From assembly GCA_963780335.1 (NCBI GenBank), contig CAWABJ010000001.1, positions 1,747,152-1,811,151 of the forward strand: 64,000 bases of DNA. The letters run 5' to 3'. Numbering within the stretch: position 1 is the stretch's first letter; each line of letters starts with the position of its first letter. The notes beneath the pieces are model-generated. The model was not told the origin of the DNA. It did no database searches and was given only the letters and a program-made list of their open reading frames with translations. Position numbers and translations under genes: made by a program. The DNA comes from an uncultured Actinomycetota bacterium (GTDB taxonomy: Bacteria > Actinomycetota > Actinomycetes > Mycobacteriales > Mycobacteriaceae). Of the stretch, positions 36,691-45,367 are shown piece after piece.

Positions 36691-36960
36691 CTAGAGTGCG
36701 TCGAGTCGTTTGTTGATCCCGGCGACGTCGCGGCTGATCTTGAGCAGCTGCCGCATCACCTCGTCGATCGTCGCGCTCTCCAGTACCTTGCACGGGTCCG
36801 GTGGTGGTTCCGGCACACCACCGGGCAGCGATCCGCCGTCGGGGGTGTCGAGGGTGTAGCGACGGATGATCGCGATCAGCACGTCCGGGTTCTCACGGAG
36901 ATCGATGATTGGCCCGTGGTCGGTGATCACCTGCTTGATGACTTGCTGTTCTGACGGCAT
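36691..36960 (-). CDS. 89-aa protein with a central Pro-rich loop and a C-terminal coiled coil; candidate substrate of the downstream enzymes
   Basis: AGGAG SD before the ATG; GGSLPGGVPEPPPDPC; ATIDEVMRQLLKISRDVAGINKRLDAL; 7-nt gap to the GT start. Confidence 0.75.
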   Translation of the reverse strand: MPSEQQVIKQVITDHGPIIDLRENPDVLIAIIRRYTLDTPDGGSLPGGVPEPPPDPCKVLESATIDEVMRQLLKISRDVAGINKRLDAL

Positions 36961-37322
36961 CGCCGGCTCCTATCTGGGTGTGGACCGTTTGGTTTCTCGG
37001 TTACGAACGATGGTGGTTCCTGCTATCGACGCTATTGGCGACCGAGTCCCGGGACGCACGTAGTCGACTACGCCATCTACTTCACTTCATGCGCCGAAGT
37101 GCTCTCGGTCGGGACTTCGCTTCCCGGCGATTAGCCAGGTGAGGTTTTCGCCAATACCTACATCGTTGCCGATGGCTGCGCCGATCTTCGCGTACTCGAC
37201 TACTCAAGCCCTTGGCCACCGAATTCAATACCGTCGTTGTGTCAGAGCACGTGACCCTGAGGCGGCCGAGGGAGGATACCATTCGCGGCGAAATTACCGA
37301 CCACCCAAAGATTGGATATGAC

Positions 37323-37637
37323 GTGATCGTAGAACTACAAATCACCGGAGGATTTGCTTCACTGCCGGGCCTCAGCGGCCCCCGAATTCTTGATACCGAC
37401 ACTGTCGACGAAACGCTCCGCGACGAGATCGAATCGCTGGTCAACGACAGCCGATTCTTCGACCTTCCAGCCGAAGGAGACGACGACCGCTCACTGGACG
37501 TCGCCGACGGCTTCACCTACTCACTCGCGATAACAGATGGACTGCGGCGTAACTCGATCGTCCGAATGGAACCCGTCTCGGACCGACGATTGGCACGGTT
37601 GATCGAGGCGCTGGACAACATCACTCGACCCATATAG
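37323..37637 (+). CDS. Emfourin (M4in) protealysin inhibitor
   Basis: ELQITGGFASLPGL...SRFFDLP...ADGFTYSLAITDG...LARLI; the ORF extends to 37212 and the start is uncertain. Confidence 0.72.
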   Translation: MIVELQITGGFASLPGLSGPRILDTDTVDETLRDEIESLVNDSRFFDLPAEGDDDRSLDVADGFTYSLAITDGLRRNSIVRMEPVSDRRLARLIEALDNITRPI

Positions 37638-37691
37638 GTAGCCGGTTTCGAGAATTACAAAGTGTTCATCACATAATTTTGGGAGATTCTG

Positions 37692-38996
37692 ATGGAGATT
37701 CAACCCTCCTGCTTCTGCACAATCATTCCGCCGTACATGCTCGATGCGATTAGCAGGAACGGAACGGCGGAGCAGCGCGAGTCGGTGGCGGAAACACTCT
37801 CGCTAGAGAGTGAGATTCGCGCTGCCCGTCTCGCGAACATCCCCTCCGATACGCTTGTCGGAGCCGGTGGGGCACCGCACAAGAACCGCAGTGTCTACAC
37901 AACTTCGAATGGCACATCGCTGCCGGGCACGTTGGAACGGAAAGAAGGGCAGGCCGCCACTGGCGACGCTGCGGTCGACGAGGCCTACGACGGCCTCGGA
38001 GCGACATTCGACCTCTATTGGAACGTATTCGGTCGAGACTCCATCAACGGGAGTGGCAATGACCTGATCGCCTCTGTTCATTACGGGAACAAGTACAACA
38101 ATGCCAATTGGAATGGCTCCCAGATGATCTTCGGCGACGGCGATGGAACCATCTTCAACCGGTTCACCATTGCGATCGACGTCGAGGGCCACGAACTCAC
38201 GCATGGTGTCACTGCCGCGACTGCCAACCTGGCATACAAAGATCAGTCCGGGGCGCTCAACGAATCGGTTTCGGACTGCTTCGGATCGATGGTCAAGCAG
38301 CGCAGCAAGGGCCAGACCGCGGCTCAGGCCGACTGGTTGATAGGTGCGGGCCTACTCGCTTCGGGTATCCATGGCGTCGCGTTGCGGTCAATGAAGGCAC
38401 CCGGCACCGCCTACGACGATCCGCTGCTCGGTAAGGACCCGCAACCCGATCACATGTCGAAGTACGTGACCACCACAGCCGACAGCGGCGGCGTCCATAC
38501 GAATTCAGGAATTCCCAACAAAGCGTTCTACCTTGTCGCGACGCGGCTCGGTGGAAACTCCTGGGATAAGGGGGGTCAGATCTGGTACAAATCCTTGACC
38601 GATCCCCGACTGTCGTCGAATGCATCGTTCCTCGACTTCGCGACCATCACCGTAGACAACGCCAATGCTCTGTATGGATCATCGGCGCGCGATCTGGTAG
38701 CGAGTGCGTGGCACGACGTGGGGATTTTTGTCCCCGCCGGTCCACGAGTCGGCGTGCAGTTCACCGGCACTTTGGCTGGCCGAGCGTCGGGTAACTGGTT
38801 CACGTTCAATTGGCCGGCACAGTGGCACGTTATCTGGACCGTCGTTCCGACGACGCCTGCAGCTGGCGCACCACAGATTGGTTGGCAAACGCGGGTCGAA
38901 CGGTCGTCGAACGACTTCGCAACGTACTGGATCCGTGTGATCAACCTGACCAACGCCCAGGTCGGCTTCGAAGCCCGCTACGCCGTCTTCAATTGA
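37692..38996 (+). CDS. M4-family (protealysin-like) metalloprotease with an extra C-terminal beta domain
   Basis: Short propeptide with CTIIPPYML, NANWNG, HELTHGV, GALNESVSD, GGVHTNSGIPNKAFY; no signal peptide seen. Confidence 0.92.
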   Translation: MEIQPSCFCTIIPPYMLDAISRNGTAEQRESVAETLSLESEIRAARLANIPSDTLVGAGGAPHKNRSVYTTSNGTSLPGTLERKEGQAATGDAAVDEAYDGLGATFDLYWNVFGRDSINGSGNDLIASVHYGNKYNNANWNGSQMIFGDGDGTIFNRFTIAIDVEGHELTHGVTAATANLAYKDQSGALNESVSDCFGSMVKQRSKGQTAAQADWLIGAGLLASGIHGVALRSMKAPGTAYDDPLLGKDPQPDHMSKYVTTTADSGGVHTNSGIPNKAFYLVATRLGGNSWDKGGQIWYKSLTDPRLSSNASFLDFATITVDNANALYGSSARDLVASAWHDVGIFVPAGPRVGVQFTGTLAGRASGNWFTFNWPAQWHVIWTVVPTTPAAGAPQIGWQTRVERSSNDFATYWIRVINLTNAQVGFEARYAVFN

Positions 38997-39037
38997 CACG
39001 ACGACACTCATATCAACACGAATTGAAAGGAAGAGAA

Positions 39038-39292
39038 ATGCGAGTAGGCACACAATTCACAGGAAGTCTCGCACCGAACGAGACCAAGCGCTGGTTCACC
39101 TTCAACTGGCCAGCACCATCACATGTGGTCTGGTACATGATGCCGACCACTCCGGTTCCGGGCAAGCCCGAGCTGGATTGGGATGTCCAGGTGGAACGGA
39201 GCAACGGTACCAACGTCAGCTACTGGCTGACCGTCACCAACCTGAGCGCCAGTTCGATCACCTTCGAAGGCCGCTACGCGGTCCTGAACTGA
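39038..39292 (+). CDS. Stand-alone paralogue of the protease C-terminal domain (84 aa)
   Basis: VGTQFTGSL...WFTFNWPA...VVW...PTTP...W...VERS...YW..V.NL......FEGRYAVLN aligns over its full length with the protease C-terminus; GAAAGGAAG SD. Confidence 0.85.
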   Translation: MRVGTQFTGSLAPNETKRWFTFNWPAPSHVVWYMMPTTPVPGKPELDWDVQVERSNGTNVSYWLTVTNLSASSITFEGRYAVLN

Positions 39293-39303
39293 GCAGGGAA
39301 ACA

Positions 39304-39573
39304 ATGGAATCGACCATGAACGTCGACAGCGCGAGCTCCTCCCTCGGCCCGGCAGTGATCGATGCTGGTCCGGCGCCGGAGACACTTCGGCTTCAGGAAG
39401 TGACGCCGCTCAATGCCGGCTCTGCGACGGAACCCATCGGCAACGGTTCCGAGCTGGACGGCGGGTCCCCGTCCGCGGAACTGCTCGCGGCCATTACCGG
39501 GGACAGCGAATCAAACAGTACCGCGACCGGTTTTACCGGTCTCGTACTCGATGCGGGTGCCGCACCGTTCTAG
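39304..39573 (+). CDS. Small acidic Ser/Gly/Ala-rich protein
   Basis: AGGGA SD; VIDAGPAP and VLDAGAAPF repeats; operon position. Confidence 0.55.
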   Translation: MESTMNVDSASSSLGPAVIDAGPAPETLRLQEVTPLNAGSATEPIGNGSELDGGSPSAELLAAITGDSESNSTATGFTGLVLDAGAAPF

Positions 39574-39789
39574 GAACGGACCTGTCTCTCAATCCCTTTG
39601 CGGGTCGTGGAAGTGGAATTTGAGCGACACGCCCGGGAAACTGATGACGAACGGACATCGATCCCTGGCCGCGAACAGGCGGTCAGGGATCGATGACAAT
39701 CAGCGAGTCATCCCTGGCAGAAGGGGTTAGTCGTGCTTTCGGGACGACGGTGCGTAGAACTCGCGCCGCACTTCTGTCCTGAGTCAATC

Positions 39790-40200
39790 ACGCGTTGGTT
39801 GTTGGACCGTGCGTGCCAACTCCCCATGCACTCGGAATCTCTTGACCCGGCGGGTAGAAGTGCGGCTGGATTGGCAATGCGGCCACGAATCGGGTTGGCG
39901 GCGAACGATGATGGATCCGACGCGGGCGCTCCTGACGCTTTCGGCTTGGCGATCAGCACTGTGCGACGTTGGCGTGAACGCCAGACCGAGTTGCGCCTCG
40001 ACGCCACGTCGGGAGCCCCCCCCCCGAGAACCACATACTGGTCGACCCGGTCGATGACCGAGCATCTGGGCTTTCCGCAGTCGATGGTGTCGCGGGTGTG
40101 ACGGGGCGTTCGGATTGGCGCCGCACGAAATCGATTCGTGGAGGTTGTCCAAGCATCCGCTGTTCGTCGCCAAGGTTTACGACGTCGTCGTGCAACACCG
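39790..40200 (+). pseudogene. IS630-family transposase remnant
   Basis: ISTVRRWRER...YWSTRSMTEHLGFPQSMVSRV*RAFGLAPHEIDSWRLSKHPLFVAKVYDVV; stop at 40099-40101; boundaries approximate. Confidence 0.8.
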
Positions 40201-40266
40201 ACGGACTATTCGCTTGGACAACGCGAGCTTTACGTCCCGCACTTTCTTGACTGTCGCTCTTCTTGC

Positions 40267-41277
40267 CTAGGCTTCGGGCATCTCCAGGACCAGCTTGTGC
40301 CCTGGTGCGAGGGTGGAGAGCTGCCGATGCGCGTCGACGACCTCGGAGAAAGGCACCGTCGTCACGGCGGGAGGCCGCAGTTGGTTGCCGACAATCCGAT
40401 CGAGCTGGTCTTGTAGAAGCCGCCGGTACTTCGCCGGCTGCAGCGTGATGAGGAGGGGTACTGAGCACAGACGCTCACGCGGTGCGGCAAGCCTGCGTGC
40501 GAACGTGGCGGGACCACCCAGTGCGGCGTCGATCCGACCGCGTCCCGGCTGACCGCTCCATGCGGTGCGCACCACGGTCCCTTCGCGCTTCGTGACCGTC
40601 CTGGCCAGTGGGGTTCCGGTGTGATCGATACTGGCGTCGGCGCCACCGGAGGTCATCTCTTGGATCTGGTTGGGCCAGTCGGGTTCACGGTAATCCACCA
40701 CCAGTGCACCCAGGGACTCCGCGCTGGTGCGGGTGCGTTGCGATGCGGTGCCGACGACGCGCTGTCCGTTTGCAATCGCCTGTTGGGCGACGAAACTACC
40801 GACCGAGCCGGAAACACCTTGAACGAAGAGTGTTCCGCTGTCGGGCAATTCAGCGAGCTCGAGAGCCAGGGCCGCGGTGACCAGATCCAGCGGCACTGCG
40901 GCGGCACAGGCTGAGTCGAGTTCGGCGGGCAGCGCGATCACCCGATCGACGCGGACGTTGAGGTGCGTTGTGTAGGCACCCATTCTGGCCAGGCAACCAA
41001 TCACCCGCGTTCCGGTGTGCAGTCCCCGGCGGGTAGCGGCCCCGTTCGTGGTCTCGACCACCCCGACGAAGTCGTAGCCGGGTGTGAAGCCGGGTCTGGG
41101 TTGTAGCAGGTAATCCCCCGCCCGTGCCATCGCGTCGGTCGATCCCACTGACGCGTGCGTCACCCGCACGAGCACTTCACGGTGCCCGGTCTTGCGTAGT
41201 GCGAACTGCTCGAGATGCAGGACCTCCGGCGGCCCGAAACGGTCGACCCGCACGCGACGCGCGTGTCGCGGAGTCAT
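40267..41277 (-). CDS. Zinc-binding alcohol dehydrogenase/quinone oxidoreductase (MDR) family
   Basis: FGPPEVL, PGFTPGYDFVGVV, VQGVSGSVG, GHKLVL. Confidence 0.85.
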   Translation of the reverse strand: MTPRHARRVRVDRFGPPEVLHLEQFALRKTGHREVLVRVTHASVGSTDAMARAGDYLLQPRPGFTPGYDFVGVVETTNGAATRRGLHTGTRVIGCLARMGAYTTHLNVRVDRVIALPAELDSACAAAVPLDLVTAALALELAELPDSGTLFVQGVSGSVGSFVAQQAIANGQRVVGTASQRTRTSAESLGALVVDYREPDWPNQIQEMTSGGADASIDHTGTPLARTVTKREGTVVRTAWSGQPGRGRIDAALGGPATFARRLAAPRERLCSVPLLITLQPAKYRRLLQDQLDRIVGNQLRPPAVTTVPFSEVVDAHRQLSTLAPGHKLVLEMPEA

Positions 41278-41357
41278 CGGCGTTCCAGCGCAGAGGCAGC
41301 GGAGAGCCCCCTTGTCCGGTTATTCATCAGTAGCATCCCTTGACGAAGGCAAGATCA

Positions 41358-41390
41358 GTAAGCATTACGACAGAACCGTATGCCTTACGG
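41358..41390. promoter_or_regulatory. Candidate TetR operators between the divergent MDR and TetR genes
   Basis: Imperfect palindromes GTAA-GCA-TTAC (41358-41368) and CCGTA-TGCCT-TACGG (41376-41390). Confidence 0.35.
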
Positions 41391-41406
41391 AAGTGGGGGT
41401 CAAGAG

Positions 41407-42066
41407 ATGGAACCGCAGGCGCGCGCGCGTCGCCGATGGGGAACTCTCACCAGGGAGGCTGTCGTCGACGGGGCCCTGGGCCTGGTCGACAGCGAAGGCT
41501 TGGAGGCTCTCAGCATGCCGCGCCTGGCTCGTCACTTGGGCACGGGCGTCATGACGCTCTATGGCCACGTCGCCAACAAGGCTGATCTGGTCGATGCTCT
41601 GGCTGAGCGGGTGCTGGCAGAACTCGAGCCCGTCGACGGCAAGAGCCGCCACTGGGACCACGCGCTAGCCGAGCACATGCGCTGCCTACGGCGCGTGCTT
41701 CTTCGTCACCCGGCATTGGGGGCGGTGCTGGCGGCGCGCCGGGTGGCGACTCCATCCGTCTTCCGCAACCAAGAGGCCATTCTTGGACTACTGCGGTCGG
41801 CGGGCTTCGACCGCGCCCTCTCCGTGCGGATCTACTTCGCGCTACTCACTTACACGTTGGGGTTCGTCACGTGGGAGGTCCCTAGGCGCCTTCACGAATC
41901 AGAAGACGGCTATGGAAGACATTGGCAAAACATCTTGGAGGGGCTCGCCCCCGACGTGTATCCCACTCTTCACGATCTGGCTGATCAGCTGGCCGATGCA
42001 GCCGGCGAGAATCAGTTCGAGGCCGGCCTCAGTGCGCTGCTACGCGGTTTCACCCCCGTCGCCTGA
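41407..42066 (+). CDS. TetR/AcrR-family regulator (TetR_C type)
   Basis: LTREAVVDGALGLVDSEGLEALSMPRLARHLGTGVMTLYGHVANKADL. Confidence 0.92.
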   Translation: MEPQARARRRWGTLTREAVVDGALGLVDSEGLEALSMPRLARHLGTGVMTLYGHVANKADLVDALAERVLAELEPVDGKSRHWDHALAEHMRCLRRVLLRHPALGAVLAARRVATPSVFRNQEAILGLLRSAGFDRALSVRIYFALLTYTLGFVTWEVPRRLHESEDGYGRHWQNILEGLAPDVYPTLHDLADQLADAAGENQFEAGLSALLRGFTPVA

Positions 42067-42225
42067 CCGCTCAGCTCACCACTCGGCATTGCGAGGGTGC
42101 TCACGGTTGGCGGTCCGGCCTCCGCGGGGGCCGCAGCTGTCGTTAAAGTTGCGGATGAGATTGGTTGACGTTCAGGCGTGCAGTGAAAGTACTCTGATCC
42201 CGTCGCCCTACGCCAGGGAGAAACG

Positions 42226-43923
42226 ATGTCGGAAATGAGCGCCGTCGTCGAGTTCGACTTCATCATCGTAGGAGCAGGCAGTGCGGGTTGCCTGCTCGCC
42301 AATCGGCTCAGCGCCAACCCTGAACATCGCGTGCTCCTGATCGAGGCCGGCGGCGACGACGACTGGTTCTGGATCAAGGTGCCGGTGGGCTACCTGTACA
42401 CGATTGCCAACCCCCGCACCGACTGGTGCTTCACGACCGAGGCTGACCCAGGTCTGGCCGGCCGCAGCATTCACTACGCGCGGGGCCGCGTGATCGGCGG
42501 CTCCTCGTCGATCAACGCCATGATCCACATGCGCGGCCAAGCCTCCGATTACGAACTGTGGGCACAGGCCACCGGTGATGAGCGATGGCTGTGGGGTGGT
42601 ACCGACGGTTCCGGTGGCGAGACCCTGGCGATCTTCAAGGAGTTGGAAGACTACTTCGGCGGTGCCGACGAATGGCACGGCGCCGGTGGTGAGATCGCCG
42701 TCGAGCGGCCGCGAGTGCGCTGGAAGATCTTGGACGCCTGGCAGGCCGCCGCCGCCCAGATGGGCATTGCGCCGATCGACGAATTCAACCGCGGCGACAA
42801 CGCCGGCAGTGCGTACTTTCACGTCAACCAACGGCGGGGCCGTCGCTGGTCGATGGCCGACGCGTTCCTGCATCCCGTCGCCCGACGACCAAACCTCGCC
42901 GTTTACACGCACACCCAGGCGTTGAAGCTGCTGTTGGACGATCAGGTCCACGAAGAGCAGCGTCGTGGTGCCTGGATGACAGCTCAGCGCCGCGCCAGCG
43001 GCGTGCGGCTGCTCAAAGACGGCCAGATCATCGAGGTCCAGGCCCGCCGGGAAGTGATCCTGAGTGCCGGTGCGATTGGGTCGCCGCACCTCATGCAGGC
43101 TTCGGGTCTGGGCCCAGCCGGGCTGCTCACCCAGCATCAGGTGCCGGTGGCCGTCGAGCTCCCCGGAGTGGGTGAAAACCTCCAGGACCACCTGCAGCTG
43201 CGAACGGTCTACCGGGTGCGGGGCGCCCGGACCGTCAATACGCTATACCGGAATTGGATCACTCGTGCAGGGATGGGACTTCAGTACCTGCTGCTGCGCT
43301 CAGGACCAATGACCATGCCGCCCTCCACTTTGGGCGCTTTCGCCAAGAGCGACCCAACGCTGGCCAGCCCCGATTTGGAATGGCATGTACAGCCCTTGTC
43401 CTTGGCCAAGTTCGGCGAACCGCTACATCCCTTTGGGGCGATCACCCCGTCAGTCTGCAATCTGCGACCCAGCTCGCGAGGCCACGTGCGCATTGCCAGT
43501 GCAGATCCGCTGACCTATCCGAAGATTGCCTGCAACTACCTGTCCACCGACGCCGATCGTGAAATCGCCGTGCGCGGGCTCCGGATGACCCGGCAGATCA
43601 TGGCGGCGCCGTCCCTGGCCCGCTACCGCCCGGAAGAATTGCTTCCCGGCAGACACCTGGTGAGCGACGAAGATCTCCAGCAGGCGGCCCGGGAACTCGG
43701 TACCACCATCTTTCATCCGGTGGGCACGTGCGCGATGGGAGCTTTCGACGCACGCGGCCTGCCACGGTCGGCGGCGACGGTGCTCGACACCGACTGTCGC
43801 GTATACCGCGTCGCCGGACTTCGGGTAGTCGATGCTTCGGCGATGCCCACCATCACTTCCGGGAACACCAACGCGCCCGTCATGCTGATCGCAGAGCGCG
43901 CAGCGCAGGCAATTCTGGAATGA
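42226..43923 (+). CDS. GMC oxidoreductase (choline dehydrogenase-like)
   Basis: IIVGAGSAGC, GRVIGGSSSINAM, GENLQDHL, TIFHPVGTC, LRVVDASAMPTITSGNTNAP. Confidence 0.93.
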   Translation: MSEMSAVVEFDFIIVGAGSAGCLLANRLSANPEHRVLLIEAGGDDDWFWIKVPVGYLYTIANPRTDWCFTTEADPGLAGRSIHYARGRVIGGSSSINAMIHMRGQASDYELWAQATGDERWLWGGTDGSGGETLAIFKELEDYFGGADEWHGAGGEIAVERPRVRWKILDAWQAAAAQMGIAPIDEFNRGDNAGSAYFHVNQRRGRRWSMADAFLHPVARRPNLAVYTHTQALKLLLDDQVHEEQRRGAWMTAQRRASGVRLLKDGQIIEVQARREVILSAGAIGSPHLMQASGLGPAGLLTQHQVPVAVELPGVGENLQDHLQLRTVYRVRGARTVNTLYRNWITRAGMGLQYLLLRSGPMTMPPSTLGAFAKSDPTLASPDLEWHVQPLSLAKFGEPLHPFGAITPSVCNLRPSSRGHVRIASADPLTYPKIACNYLSTDADREIAVRGLRMTRQIMAAPSLARYRPEELLPGRHLVSDEDLQQAARELGTTIFHPVGTCAMGAFDARGLPRSAATVLDTDCRVYRVAGLRVVDASAMPTITSGNTNAPVMLIAERAAQAILE

Positions 43924-44041
43924 GTCCGTCAACGCCGAGCGGTCCCCCGGTTTGGCCGATTCTCGAGCCCCGAAGTCACCTAACCACTTTCGCCAAGCTA
44001 CGTACTTGACAGCCGTTGCGCGCACACCTGTGCCGTGCTCA

Positions 44042-44644
44042 TCAGAGCCCGGATGGTACGACCGTGCCGTTGACCGTCACCTCGACCTGGTCCGTCTTCG
44101 GGTCGTACTCGATCTTGCCGTGTTCAAAGGTCGTCACGAGGAGATCGCCGACGGTGTTCTCGTCGCTGGTGGGCGCGCCCAGCGGACCCACCGAGCCGTT
44201 ATCGCCGGTGACCGCAGGCACGCCCTCTGGGTCGCGCTGGACGTTCCAGGCCTCCCGGATCTTGCCCCAGGTGATGTATCCAGGCGTGCCCGCTTCGTCG
44301 TTCTTGGCAGTGATCACGCCGCCCTGAAATTGCTGGAACACCACACCGCTCTCCCGTGCGCCCGCATTGCGGTCACCCGTCAGTGGCTTGCCGAGAGCCT
44401 GCCTTTGAGCCTCGGTTGCCGACGCGTACTTGGCCGCAATTGGACCGGTCAGCGTCACCTCGACGTCTCTCTCCCCAGTGAGCTTCACTTCGGTGGGCGG
44501 GGCCGCAATCTCGGAGGTGGCGATCAACCCGACCTGCGGCGGCGACGACCCGTCGACGCTCTTGCCATTCCCGCAGCCCGCGGTGGTCAATGCGATGACC
44601 GCCAGGCCGACGACTGCCGTGTGGCGGTATGCGATCGTCCTCAT
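44042..44644 (-). CDS. Lipoprotein with LGFP-like repeat
   Basis: Lipobox LTTAGC; QQFQGGVI, WGKIREAW, GPLGAPTSDE, FEHGKI. Confidence 0.8.
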   Translation of the reverse strand: MRTIAYRHTAVVGLAVIALTTAGCGNGKSVDGSSPPQVGLIATSEIAAPPTEVKLTGERDVEVTLTGPIAAKYASATEAQRQALGKPLTGDRNAGARESGVVFQQFQGGVITAKNDEAGTPGYITWGKIREAWNVQRDPEGVPAVTGDNGSVGPLGAPTSDENTVGDLLVTTFEHGKIEYDPKTDQVEVTVNGTVVPSGL

Positions 44645-44849
44645 GGGGCTCACTCTCGCGTCTTCCTTCGGTGCGGGTCAAGTTTCGGCTGAACCGCTCG
44701 CCCGATCGGGACCATGACGGATCGCGCGACGGGCATCGTCGGCCGGCATCGGAGTGGTCGAATCCCGGTGCACGAAGACCTCTAGGTGCAGAGGTATTGC
44801 CCGTTCAACACACGATTCGACGGGGGCCGCATGTGAGACGTTCACCCGT

Positions 44850-45040
44850 CGGCAAGTCGAATACGGGCCGCCAATCCGTCATCGGCACCGTGCTCGCGTC
44901 GACGATGGTGAAGTGAGCGATGAAACCGGTCTGCCACGTCGATGACACCGACAGCCTCGCCGCGGCGGCAGCCGCACGAGCCACCGCTGTGCTCGCCAGC
45001 CCCGAGGTGACGACCATCAACAACGCAACCATTACGTGCA
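44850..45040 (-). pseudogene. CBM2 cellulose/chitin-binding domain remnant (Rv1987-like)
   Basis: AAAARLSVSSTWQTGFIAHFTIVDASTVPMTDWRPVFDLPTG then breaks off; boundaries approximate. Confidence 0.65.
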
Positions 45041-45367
45041 GCGCACCCTCCAGCGCGTCACACAACTGACCGGTCCAGCCACAGCAGCCAACACTAGAGC
45101 CACGCAGTCGGGATCGGCCGTGCAACGCGGGTCGGCTACGATTCCCTTGCTCATCTGACTGCCACGACACTTCGGCGGCGAACGACCGTACGCGCAGGAA
45201 TGACGGCGGTACCGAATACGCGATCACTGCAACAGCATGCGATGCAGATGACGCGTTGGTTGGTGTCCGGAAGTACAGCGGCGGAACTCCCAAATCGTTT
45301 GTGCGGGCGGTAACCTCAGGGTCTGCCTCGGTATGAAGGGCGTCACCGACAAGAAGGAAGCCCGAGA

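Noticed and set aside
37120-37260. Protein-like frame EVFANTYIVADGCADLRVLDY upstream of emfourin
   Set aside because: No start, SD or recognisable family; cannot be supported.
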